Part shown: positions 26,621-35,583 of the stretch, piece by piece
How the letters are laid out: the number at the start of each line of letters is the position of its first letter
Numbering within the stretch: position 1 is the first letter of the stretch
Assembly (NCBI GenBank): GCA_964355095.1
Contig: CAYHCX010000017.1
Location: forward strand, 1-57,345
From: an uncultured Acidobacterium sp.
GTDB lineage: Bacteria; Acidobacteriota; Vicinamibacteria; Vicinamibacterales; UBA2999
Reading direction: 5' to 3'
Length of the DNA stretch: 57,345 nt
The notes under the pieces: generated by a model
Databases searched by the model: none
Seen by the model: the letters and a program-made list of their open reading frames with translations, nothing else
Told to the model about the DNA's origin: nothing
Program-made: the position numbers and the translations under genes

Positions 26621-27856
26621 GTGCCTCAAGGAGATGACGTGGCGAAACGTAAGCCCAAGCTCGCGATTGTACTCGGTATCCGTCCGGATGTGATCCGGGC
26701 CAGCCTGTTCCTCAACATGATTCGCGCGGACAAGCGCGTGGACGTCACCTTTATCTGGTCCGGCCAGCACTACTCCGACAATTTGAAGGATGTGTTCTTC
26801 CGCGAGCTCGGCGTCAAACCGCCGGAGGTCGAGCTGGATGCCAGGGGTTCCACGGACGCCGAGGTCAGCTCGGCGATCATCAGCAAGCTGTACCCGGTCC
26901 TCGAGAAGCTGCAGCCCGACGCCGCAATGTTCCTCGGCGATACCAATACCGTCATCTCCTCGCTGGCAGCGGCGCAGCTGAACATCCCGATTGTGCATTT
27001 CGAGGGATGCATGCGGTCGTACGACTGGCGCATGCCCGAGGAAAAGTATCGCGGCGTGATCGATCATCTCGCCGACGTCATCTATACCTACTACCCCGAA
27101 TACAAGAAGCAGGGCGTTGACGAAGGCATCAACCCCAGCGCAATGGTCGTCGTGACCAACCCGATTGTCGATGTGCTCCAGACCCACTATTACGACAAGC
27201 GTGAGTTCTTCGAACAGCTCGCGTCGGATGAGTTCTTTTCGTCGCGCGGCCTGGAGCGTGGCAAGTTCTTCGTCATGACCTGCCATCGCCGCGAGAACGT
27301 GCACATCAAGAGCTCGTTCAAGGCGATCCTGGATCTCGTCGCCGCTGCGCCGCACCCGGTGTATTTCCCGGCCAGCTATCGGACGCAGAAGGTCCTTCAG
27401 GAATACGGATTCAAGCTGCCGAAGAACGTGATCATGACCGATCCGGTCGGCTACCACGAGTTCCTGGTGTTGTTGACCCAGGGCGCTGGCGCCATCACCG
27501 ATTCCGGCACGGTGGTCGAGGAGACGTGCGTCCTCGGTGTGCCTTCGCTGCAGATGCGGCGCGCCAGCGAGCGTCCCCAAGTGTACGATGTCGGCTCGAG
27601 CGTGAAGTTCGATCCGACCAGGCCGGAGAAGTACCCGGCGGCGCGCGTGTTTGCCAAGATGGAGGTGCTGCGCGGTCGCAAGTGGAAGCACCGGCTGGGT
27701 GACGGCAAAGCGTCGGAGCGTATCTACAAAGACATGGTCAAGCGGCTGCTGACCGGCAAAGTGTACAACCACCGTCGTGAGGACTATCACCTTGATACCA
27801 GGCGCTCGTATCGGGAAGACGGCGTGCCCGTCCGTCAGGCGGCGAGGCGGCGGTGA
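26621..27856 (+). CDS. UDP-N-acetylglucosamine 2-epimerase family protein (Epimerase_2, WecB-like)
   Basis: KLAIVLGIRPDVIRAS..., SGQHYS, FLGDTNTVISSLAAAQLNIPIVHFEGCMRS, TDSGTVVEE. Confidence 0.85.
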   Translation: MPQGDDVAKRKPKLAIVLGIRPDVIRASLFLNMIRADKRVDVTFIWSGQHYSDNLKDVFFRELGVKPPEVELDARGSTDAEVSSAIISKLYPVLEKLQPDAAMFLGDTNTVISSLAAAQLNIPIVHFEGCMRSYDWRMPEEKYRGVIDHLADVIYTYYPEYKKQGVDEGINPSAMVVVTNPIVDVLQTHYYDKREFFEQLASDEFFSSRGLERGKFFVMTCHRRENVHIKSSFKAILDLVAAAPHPVYFPASYRTQKVLQEYGFKLPKNVIMTDPVGYHEFLVLLTQGAGAITDSGTVVEETCVLGVPSLQMRRASERPQVYDVGSSVKFDPTRPEKYPAARVFAKMEVLRGRKWKHRLGDGKASERIYKDMVKRLLTGKVYNHRREDYHLDTRRSYREDGVPVRQAARRR

Positions 27857-28755
27857 CGGCGGAGTCGCGCGACGGCTTCACGTGCGTGGCGTGCGGAACG
27901 GCCCTGATCCAGCCGCTGCGGAAAGGCGCGTTCAGCTACTACGTGTGCGGCTCGTGCGGCACGGCGTCGATGCGGCCTCTGCCCGGCGATCAGGAGATCG
28001 TCGACCACTACCGGCGCAAGTTCGAATCGGGCAACTACGAGTTGCTGCGCCGCTTCGCGTCGGAGTACCAGGTGGTCTACCGAGGCTTCCTCGAGTCGGT
28101 GCGCCGTGCGTTCGCAGAAGACGGGCGACCGTTACGGGGGCTGAGCGTGCTCGATGTCGGCTGCTTCACCGGCGAGTTCTTGGTGCTCGCGGCCGACGCC
28201 GGTTGCGACGTCCGCGGATTCGAGCTGCAGGATGAAGCCGTGGCGATTGCGCAGCAGCGGCTGGGTGAGCGGGTCGCGAAAACCGACGTGCACGATCGCG
28301 GCATCGACGGCCAGCACTACGACGCGATTTGCCTGTTTGGACTGATCGAGCATGTGCGCGATCCGGTCGGTCTATTGGTCCGCTGCCGATCGCTCTTGCG
28401 GCCGGGTGGGCGGTTGTTCTTGCAGACGCCGAATCGCGGTTCGCTGTTGGCAGGGCTGCTCGGCAAGTACTGGCCGCCCTATTCGCCGGTTGAGCATCTG
28501 CATTTGTTCAGCCAGTCGGCCCTGGAGAAGGTACTTCAGGACAACGGCTATTCAGTGACGCTCGTCTACGGCCACTGGAAACGCCTGCCGGTCGAGTACG
28601 TGTTCGAGATGATGCGGCACTACGGGCCCGAGATCAGGGCGCTGATTCGTCCGCTCTACGCGTTGAGTCCCAAGTGGCTGCGCGCGTCCGCGGCGCCGTT
28701 CTACATCGGCGAGATGTTCGTAGTGGCGACGAGGACCGACCCACCGGCCGCATGA
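27853..28755 (+). CDS. Class I SAM-dependent methyltransferase with N-terminal 4-Cys zinc ribbon
   Basis: GTGA overlap with the upstream gene. CVACG...CGSCG, VLDVGCFTGEF, ICLFGLIEHVRDP. Confidence 0.8.
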   Translation: MTAESRDGFTCVACGTALIQPLRKGAFSYYVCGSCGTASMRPLPGDQEIVDHYRRKFESGNYELLRRFASEYQVVYRGFLESVRRAFAEDGRPLRGLSVLDVGCFTGEFLVLAADAGCDVRGFELQDEAVAIAQQRLGERVAKTDVHDRGIDGQHYDAICLFGLIEHVRDPVGLLVRCRSLLRPGGRLFLQTPNRGSLLAGLLGKYWPPYSPVEHLHLFSQSALEKVLQDNGYSVTLVYGHWKRLPVEYVFEMMRHYGPEIRALIRPLYALSPKWLRASAAPFYIGEMFVVATRTDPPAA

Positions 28756-30338
28756 GCCCTGACATGCGCGAGTTGGCCGTGCTTTACGCCACAGGCGTTT
28801 CGGGCACGGTTGCGCTGAGTGTCGCGGGGTTCTTCGTGATGCGCGGCGCTGGCGCGCAACGGACCGTGCGGCACGGCGCGGCGCTGTTTGCGCTGGTCCT
28901 GGCCGTGGCCTACTTCGGCGCCATGCTCTGGATGGGCGCCGGCAAAGCCGCGGCCCTCAATCATTACGCCGATCGCGCCACCCATCTCGAGATCATGACG
29001 CGGAGTCTCCGCGGCCTGGGACTGACCAGCCCGATGTCGGCGGAGTTCTTCACGGGGTCGCACTGGTTCGCCGCGCATTTGACGCCGATTATCTACGTCG
29101 CCTACCTGCCAGGGTTCGCACTGGCACCGTTCCCGATCACGCTGCATGTGCTCGAGACCGTGTATTTGATGCTGGCCGCCGTTCCGATTGGATGGTTTGC
29201 CGCCCGCCGGCTCGGCGCCGCGTCCGGGTGGCTGTTTGGGGCGGCGTATCTCGCATACCCCACCGTGCACTACATCAACCTCTACGGCCTCGCCTACCTA
29301 GAGCTGAGCATTCCCATTCTTGCGTGGGCACTGTTCGCGCTCGAGTCGAGGCGGGACGGCTGGTTCGTGCTGTGTGCGCTGCTGTTGCTCACCACCCGCG
29401 AGGATGCGTCGCTCGTCGCGGCGGCGCTTGGCGTCTATGCGATGTTTCGCGGCCACCGTCGCATCGGTGCCGTCGTGACCGTCGCCAGCGCAGTGTACTT
29501 CGTGGTCGCGCTCAAGGTGATCATCCCGGCATTCCGTTCGGACCAGTCGCTCGTCTACATGAACAACTACCGCGCCTGGGGGAACAGCGTCGGTGACATC
29601 GCGCAAAACGTGGTACTGCATCCCTTCTCGACGATCCGCCAGCTGTTGAGCGTGCCGCGCGTTGGCAATGTGGTCATGTACCTGCTGCCCGTCGCCGGCC
29701 TGGCGCTGCTAGATCCGCTGGGACTGTTCGTCGCAGCACCTAACATCGCGACCACGTTCCTGAGCGGGTCGGTCACCAACTACAGCTTTACGCTCTACTA
29801 CCTGGCGCCGACGATTCCCGTGGTCTTTTTCGCCGCGGTTCGCGGCGCGGATGCCCTGCGGCGCCGGCTGGAGGTCGACGGCCTCCGCCCCGCCGTCGCC
29901 GTGCTCGTTGCCGCGCTGTCGGCCAACGTCTTCTTCGGGCCGTCGCCGGCATCGCTGCAATTCTGGAACGAGGGCTATCAGGTCGGGCAGTTTCACACCA
30001 CCAGCTATTACCGCAGCGAATATGTCCCGACGGCGGCTACGGTGGCGGCGCGCGACATTGCGGCGCGCGTGCCCGCCGGCGCGCAGATCTCCGCAGAGCA
30101 ACATCTGCTGCCCATCCTCTACGACCGCGCCCGGATGCTGGTGTTTCCGACGATGGACGCGCAGATCGATCATGTGATGATTGACCGGGCCAAGCGCGCG
30201 AAGAGTGGCTGGGCGGCCACGTTCATGGCGTTCCGGATGAACCCCGAGCAGTACTACGCGGCCATCGAAGGCAGCAGCGATTGGGAGCTGGTGGCGGAGA
30301 ACGGTGGCGCCAGGCTGTTTCGAAGGACGGGTCGGTAA
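28752..30338 (+). CDS. Polytopic membrane protein, tentatively DUF2079/GT-C-like
   Basis: ATGA overlap with the upstream gene. About 12 helices, then a roughly 150-aa C-terminal non-hydrophobic domain. Family assignment is by general architecture only. Confidence 0.6.
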   Translation: MSPDMRELAVLYATGVSGTVALSVAGFFVMRGAGAQRTVRHGAALFALVLAVAYFGAMLWMGAGKAAALNHYADRATHLEIMTRSLRGLGLTSPMSAEFFTGSHWFAAHLTPIIYVAYLPGFALAPFPITLHVLETVYLMLAAVPIGWFAARRLGAASGWLFGAAYLAYPTVHYINLYGLAYLELSIPILAWALFALESRRDGWFVLCALLLLTTREDASLVAAALGVYAMFRGHRRIGAVVTVASAVYFVVALKVIIPAFRSDQSLVYMNNYRAWGNSVGDIAQNVVLHPFSTIRQLLSVPRVGNVVMYLLPVAGLALLDPLGLFVAAPNIATTFLSGSVTNYSFTLYYLAPTIPVVFFAAVRGADALRRRLEVDGLRPAVAVLVAALSANVFFGPSPASLQFWNEGYQVGQFHTTSYYRSEYVPTAATVAARDIAARVPAGAQISAEQHLLPILYDRARMLVFPTMDAQIDHVMIDRAKRAKSGWAATFMAFRMNPEQYYAAIEGSSDWELVAENGGARLFRRTGR

Positions 30339-30342
30339 GCAG

Positions 30343-32250
30343 ATGTGCGGAATTGCGGGATTCCTCGGCGCGCCGCGGCCTGACGAAGCCACGGTCACAG
30401 CATCGTTGGCCGCGGCCCTGGCGCACCGTGGCCCGGACGACCAAGGGATCCAGGGCATCGACGTCACCGGTGGGCGTCGCGCCATGTTCATCCATCGGCG
30501 TCTCGCTATCATCGACCTGTCTCCGCTGGGCAAGCAGCCGATGCACGATCCGGCGTCGGGCAATTGGATCACGTTCAACGGCGAAATTTATAACTTCGAA
30601 AGCGTGCGTGCGGATCTACAGCACGGTGAGGTGTTTCGATCGAAGAGCGATACCGAGGTGATGCTGCGCTTGTATGCGCGCGACGGCGTCGGCATGCTCG
30701 ACCGCATCCAGGGGATGTTTGCGTTCGCCTTGTGGGACGCGCAGCGCCAGCGAATGCTGCTCGCGGTCGATCCTCTGGGGATCAAACCGTTGTACTGGGC
30801 ACACGGGCCGGATGGTGCGTTCTGTTTCGCCTCCGAGGTCCAGGCACTGCTCGGCGCCAGACTCGTGGAGCGGCGTCTCGATCCGACAGGCATGGCCGGC
30901 TACCTGTCGTATGGCGCCGTGCAGGGGCCAGCGACGATGGTCGCCGGCGTGCGTGCGCTTCAAGCGGGCAGTTACCTGTATGTCGATGCCGACGGCACGG
31001 TCGATGGGCCTCGTCACTACTGGCGGCCCGCTTTCTGTTCGGCACCGCTCGACGGCCGCGCCCGAACCGAGGTGGTCGACGAGCTGTCACACCTGCTTCG
31101 GTCGGTGACGCGCGAGCACTTGATCGCCGACGTGCCCGTCGCCGTGTTTCTGAGCGGAGGCATTGACTCGACGGCGCTGGCCTCGTTTGCGGCGCCGGCG
31201 TCGCCTGGATTGAAGTCGTTCTCGGTCAGCTTTACGGAAGGTGAGTTTTCGGAAGCCGAGTACTCGCAGGCCACAGCGCGGCGGCTCGCCCTCGATCATC
31301 AGGAGCTGGTCCTGACGCCAGACGAACTACTACGCCGGCTGCCGGACGCGCTGGCCGCGGCCGATCAGCCTTCCATCGACGGCACCAACGTCTTCGTGCT
31401 CTCTCGCATGGTGCGCGAGGCCGGTGTCAAAGTTGCGCTCTCCGGTCAGGGCGGCGACGAAGTGTTTGGCGGCTACTCGACGTTCCGCGACGTCAGTAAC
31501 GGCTTGGCCTGGCGACGGCGGCTTGCGGTGGTTCCCGACTGGAGCTGGCGCGCCAGCGCGCGGTTGTGGAACGCGGCGCGTGCGGGATCGCGCGGACTGC
31601 CCGACAAGATCGGCCAGTTTCTGGGGAACGGCGGCGGCGTGATCGAAACGTGCCTGCTGCTGCGACAATTGCTGCCGCCGAGCACGGTGCGGGAGCTGTT
31701 TCATTCCTATGCCGGCTCTGACTTGGGGATTCCTCCCGAGCTTGCGGATGAGTTCGAGCGCGGCACGGCCAATCTCGATCCGATCAACGCGGTGTCGTTC
31801 CTTGAGTTGCGCGGCTACCTTGGACAGACGTTGCTCAGGGACGGCGACGTCATGAGCATGGCGCACGGACTCGAAGTGCGCGTGCCGTATCTCGATCGGC
31901 GGTTGGTGGACTTCGTGGCGGCGCTGCCGGGGTCGCTCAAGATGGAGCGCAACCGCCCCAAGCCGCTGCTCCTGGATGCGGCGCGAGGCGGCGTTGATCC
32001 GCACATCTGGGCCAGGCCGAAGCAGGGCTTCACGTTCCCCTGGGAACATTGGCTGAGGGGACCGCTCAAGCCGCTCGGCGACGCGGCCTTCGCCGACCGG
32101 GCGACGTTCGAGGGGATCGGGATCGACGCGACGAAGGCCGCTGAGTTGTGGGCTGGGTTCCAGGCCCGCACCCCCGGCATCACGTGGCCGCGCGTCTGGG
32201 CCCTGATCGTGCTGCAGGACTGGACGACCCGCTGGGGAGTTGCCGTCTAG
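30343..32250 (+). CDS. Asparagine synthase (glutamine-hydrolysing)-family amidotransferase, AsnB/WbpS-like
   Basis: N-terminal MCGIAGF (Cys2 nucleophile of class II GATase), NGEIYN, and PP-loop VFLSGGIDS. Confidence 0.88.
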   Translation: MCGIAGFLGAPRPDEATVTASLAAALAHRGPDDQGIQGIDVTGGRRAMFIHRRLAIIDLSPLGKQPMHDPASGNWITFNGEIYNFESVRADLQHGEVFRSKSDTEVMLRLYARDGVGMLDRIQGMFAFALWDAQRQRMLLAVDPLGIKPLYWAHGPDGAFCFASEVQALLGARLVERRLDPTGMAGYLSYGAVQGPATMVAGVRALQAGSYLYVDADGTVDGPRHYWRPAFCSAPLDGRARTEVVDELSHLLRSVTREHLIADVPVAVFLSGGIDSTALASFAAPASPGLKSFSVSFTEGEFSEAEYSQATARRLALDHQELVLTPDELLRRLPDALAAADQPSIDGTNVFVLSRMVREAGVKVALSGQGGDEVFGGYSTFRDVSNGLAWRRRLAVVPDWSWRASARLWNAARAGSRGLPDKIGQFLGNGGGVIETCLLLRQLLPPSTVRELFHSYAGSDLGIPPELADEFERGTANLDPINAVSFLELRGYLGQTLLRDGDVMSMAHGLEVRVPYLDRRLVDFVAALPGSLKMERNRPKPLLLDAARGGVDPHIWARPKQGFTFPWEHWLRGPLKPLGDAAFADRATFEGIGIDATKAAELWAGFQARTPGITWPRVWALIVLQDWTTRWGVAV

Positions 32251-33126
32251 GTGAGTACCGCCTGTGAACTTTGCGGCAGCCAGTCGTTCAGCCGATTGTT
32301 CGAGATGCGCGGCTACGCGATCGGCCGCTGTTCGGCCTGCCGTCACGTCTATGTTCCCTTCGCCGGATCGGACGCGGACCTGCAACGGGCCTATGAACAG
32401 CAGTTCTTTCGCGATGGCGCGTACCACGACTACCTCGCCGATCGCGAGATCGCGGCGAAGAACTTTCGGCGATTCGCCGAAATTGTCCGGCGGCACAGTC
32501 CGAGGGGTCGGCTGCTCGAGGTCGGCTGCGCGTACGGGTTCTTCCTCGACATCGCGCGCGACTGGTGGACGGTGACCGGCATCGACATCCACGCCCCCGG
32601 CATCACGCACGCCCGCGACCGGTTGGGCGCTGACGCGGTCCATGGCGACTTCCTGGATTTCAACGCGCCGGATGCCTCCTTCGACGCGGTGGTGATGTGG
32701 GACACCATCGAGCATTTGCGCCGGCCGTCCGCGTACATCGCCAAGATTGCCGCCACCCTGAAGCCGGGCGGCATCGTCGCGCTGACGACCGGGGACGTCG
32801 GCAGCCTGGTTGCGCGGCTGCGCGGCCGGCGTTGGCGGCTGTACGATCCGCCGTTCCATCTGCAATACTTCACGCGGGAGACCATGACACGATTGCTCGC
32901 GCAACACGGACTACAGATCGTCGAGCTCCGAACGGTCGGCTACGATCGCAGTCTGCATTTCATGCTGCACCGGCTGTTCCGCTATGGGCGCGGCCCGGCG
33001 TCGACGCGCGTGTTCGATCTGTCGTCACGACTCGTCGGCGCGGCGTCGTCGTTCTATCTGAACGTCTTCGACATCATGATGGTCGTGGCCCGCAAGACCG
33101 GCGATCCGTCGGCGGTGCGGTTCTGA
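32251..33126 (+). CDS. Class I SAM-dependent methyltransferase with N-terminal 4-Cys zinc ribbon (paralog of 27853)
   Basis: CELCGS...CSACRHVY, LLEVGCAYGFF, VVMWDTIEHLRRP. Confidence 0.8.
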   Translation: MSTACELCGSQSFSRLFEMRGYAIGRCSACRHVYVPFAGSDADLQRAYEQQFFRDGAYHDYLADREIAAKNFRRFAEIVRRHSPRGRLLEVGCAYGFFLDIARDWWTVTGIDIHAPGITHARDRLGADAVHGDFLDFNAPDASFDAVVMWDTIEHLRRPSAYIAKIAATLKPGGIVALTTGDVGSLVARLRGRRWRLYDPPFHLQYFTRETMTRLLAQHGLQIVELRTVGYDRSLHFMLHRLFRYGRGPASTRVFDLSSRLVGAASSFYLNVFDIMMVVARKTGDPSAVRF

Positions 33127-33161
33127 CCGCGCCGCCTCGCGAGGGGCTGTCGGCGTATTCG

Positions 33162-33854
33162 GTGGTGATTCCCATCCACAACGAAGCGCCGATTCTGGAG
33201 CATTGCCTGACCGGCATCATCGAGGGCCTGGGCGGTCTCGATCGCCCGTTCGAGATCGTGCTCTGCGAGAACGGCAGCTCGGATGACACCCTCGTCGCGG
33301 CCCGCGCGTTGGCGGCGGGCGACCAACGGTTGCGCGTGCTGACCAGCCCCGTCGCCGACTACGGCGAGGCGCTGAGGTTCGGCATCACCAACAGTCACCA
33401 CGACCAGGTGGTGATCTTCAACATTGACTATTGGAGCGCGACGTTCGTGCAGCGAGCGCTCGACGAACTGCGCGCCGCGGACATGGTGATCGGCTCGAAG
33501 CGGCTGCGCGGCAGCCTTGACGAACGGCCGTTGATGCGCCGCGCCATCACGGCGAGCTTCAACGGCTTTCTCCGCGTCTGCTTCGGCTTCCGCGGGACCG
33601 ACACCCATGGCCTGAAGGCGTTCTCCCGGGACGCGGTCCTGCCGATCGTTGAACGCTGCACGACCGACGGGTGGATCTTCGACACCGAGCTGGTGCTGCT
33701 CGCCGAGCGGCGAGGCTTGCGGATTGTCGAGGTGCCGGTGACGCTCGCCGAAATCCGAGCCCCCGGCTATCGGTCCTTGATTGCCCGCGTGCCGCGCACG
33801 CTGAAGGCCATTGATCGGATGCGCCAAAATCTGGCTCGCACGCCCCGTCAATGA
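33162..33854 (+). CDS. GT2-family glycosyltransferase (start codon uncertain)
   Basis: SVVIPIHNEAPILEHCL, VLCENGSSDDT, FNIDYW. There is no ATG/GTG/TTG in frame between 32697 and 33162. The alternative is CTG 33123, which overlaps the upstream stop as CTGA. Confidence 0.7.
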   Translation: MVIPIHNEAPILEHCLTGIIEGLGGLDRPFEIVLCENGSSDDTLVAARALAAGDQRLRVLTSPVADYGEALRFGITNSHHDQVVIFNIDYWSATFVQRALDELRAADMVIGSKRLRGSLDERPLMRRAITASFNGFLRVCFGFRGTDTHGLKAFSRDAVLPIVERCTTDGWIFDTELVLLAERRGLRIVEVPVTLAEIRAPGYRSLIARVPRTLKAIDRMRQNLARTPRQ

Positions 33855-33891
33855 CGGCGGGGCCAGGCGGTAGAGCAGTAGAATTGTTACC

Positions 33892-35562
33892 TTGAGATCC
33901 ACCTCGACGGCGTCCGACCGCAGCGCGAAGGTCTGCCTGGTGCGGCCGCCGACCATCCTGCCTGTTGCCTCGGTCATGACCCAACAGGGCGTGCCGCCGC
34001 TCGGCGTCGCGTACCTCGCGGCCATGCTCAAGGCCCATGGTCATACGGTCACGACCGTTGATGCGTTCGGCGAGGCCATTGACCGATTTACGAGGATCGA
34101 CGGGACGCCGCTCCTCATCAACGGCCTGACCGCGGCCGACATTGCCGCCAGAATCCCCGGGGACGTCGACATCATCGGCGTCTCGTGCATGTACTCCAAC
34201 GAGTGGGTCTATGCCCGCGTCGTGATCCAGGCGATCGCGCTTCGCTTTCCCGACGTGCCGATCATCGGTGGCGGCGAACACTTTACGGCCGATCCTGAGT
34301 ATGCGCTGCGCACGGCGCCGCAACTGCGGGCGGTGGTATTGGGCGAAGGCGAAGAGACGCTGGTTGATCTTGTCGATGCGTTGATGACCGGCCGAGCGCT
34401 GGCGACCGTCGCGGGGCTCGCGTATCTGGAACAGGGCCGCCTCGTGCAGTGCGCGGATCGCAAGCGGCTCCGCGTCATCGACGAGATTCCCGTGGCGTCG
34501 TGGGACGAGTTGCCGCTCGAGACCTATCTCGCTGCGGGATTCGGCATGAGCTCGCTCGGCGGCCGCAACATGCCGATGCTGGCGTCGCGCGGCTGTCCGT
34601 ATCAATGCACCTTCTGCTCGAATCCGCAGATGTGGACGCAACGGTGGATTGCCCGCGATCCCGAGCAGGTCATCGCCGAGATCAAGGACTGGATCGCGCG
34701 TTTTCGCGTCACCCACATCGAGTTTTATGACCTGACGGCGATTGTGCGCCGCGACTGGATCATCACGTTCGCCAACCGCCTGATCGAAGAGCAGCTCGGG
34801 GTCACGTGGTCGCTGCCGTCAGGCACCCGCAGCGAGGCGCTCGACGGCGAGGTCGTGGCGCTGCTCAAATGCAGCGGCTGCCATTCGATGACCTACGCAC
34901 CTGAATCGGGCTCGCCCGCGACGCTCAAGCGCATCAAGAAAATGGTCGACCTCCCGAAGATGTTGCGCTCGATGCGCAGCGCGGTTCGGGCAGGCATCCT
35001 GCTCAAGGCCAACATGATCGTCGGCTTTCCCGGCCAAACGCAGGGCGAGGTCGCCGAGTCGTTCCGCTTCATGGTGCGCATGGCGTGGGCGGGCGTTCAC
35101 GATGTGGCCGTCTTTCCATTCGTCCCGTATCCAGGCAGCCAGCTGTTCACCGGCCTGATCGAGGCCGGCAGGATTCGCAAGGATGCGGCCGCGTACGACG
35201 CGTTCCTCGCGGGGAACATCTACAACGAAGTCTCCGGCATGCGTTCGTGGTCCGATCACATCTCCGATTCGCAAATCAAGATGCTGACCGTCGGCGGGAT
35301 AGCCTGGTTCTATTCGTGGCAGTTCCTGTTCAGGCCGCACCGTCTTGCCGGGACCTTGCTTCGGCTCATTCAGCAGCGTCCGGTGACGATGCTTGAGAAG
35401 ACGGTGGCGGTGGTGCTGCAGAACTTCGTGACCCGGCAGCGCAAGCTGCACGTCAAAGCCGTGGACTCGTTGCCCGAACGCGTCGATTTCACCCGTATTC
35501 ACGAGGTCATCCGCGGTCCGAAGATCGCGGTCGCGGCCGACCGCGGTGCGGGAACGCACTAA
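33892..35562 (+). CDS. B12-binding-domain radical SAM enzyme, paralog of 22749
   Basis: VCLVRPP...PLGVAYLAAMLKAHGHTVTTVDAF...IIGVSCM...IIGGGEH. CX3CX2C = CPYQCTFC at 34594-34617. TTG start. Confidence 0.85.
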   Translation: MRSTSTASDRSAKVCLVRPPTILPVASVMTQQGVPPLGVAYLAAMLKAHGHTVTTVDAFGEAIDRFTRIDGTPLLINGLTAADIAARIPGDVDIIGVSCMYSNEWVYARVVIQAIALRFPDVPIIGGGEHFTADPEYALRTAPQLRAVVLGEGEETLVDLVDALMTGRALATVAGLAYLEQGRLVQCADRKRLRVIDEIPVASWDELPLETYLAAGFGMSSLGGRNMPMLASRGCPYQCTFCSNPQMWTQRWIARDPEQVIAEIKDWIARFRVTHIEFYDLTAIVRRDWIITFANRLIEEQLGVTWSLPSGTRSEALDGEVVALLKCSGCHSMTYAPESGSPATLKRIKKMVDLPKMLRSMRSAVRAGILLKANMIVGFPGQTQGEVAESFRFMVRMAWAGVHDVAVFPFVPYPGSQLFTGLIEAGRIRKDAAAYDAFLAGNIYNEVSGMRSWSDHISDSQIKMLTVGGIAWFYSWQFLFRPHRLAGTLLRLIQQRPVTMLEKTVAVVLQNFVTRQRKLHVKAVDSLPERVDFTRIHEVIRGPKIAVAADRGAGTH

Positions 35563-35583
35563 GGTTAAGCAGTCATCCGCGCG

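Noticed and set aside
30343-32250. The AsnB-like gene plus radical SAM enzymes plus ABC transporter read as a lasso-peptide or other RiPP cluster.
   Set aside because: The protein keeps the MCGIAGF Cys2 glutaminase nucleophile and the SGGIDS PP-loop typical of true amidotransferases in glycan loci. No precursor peptide, leader peptidase or RiPP recognition element gene is evident. Every neighbour is a sugar or glycan enzyme.
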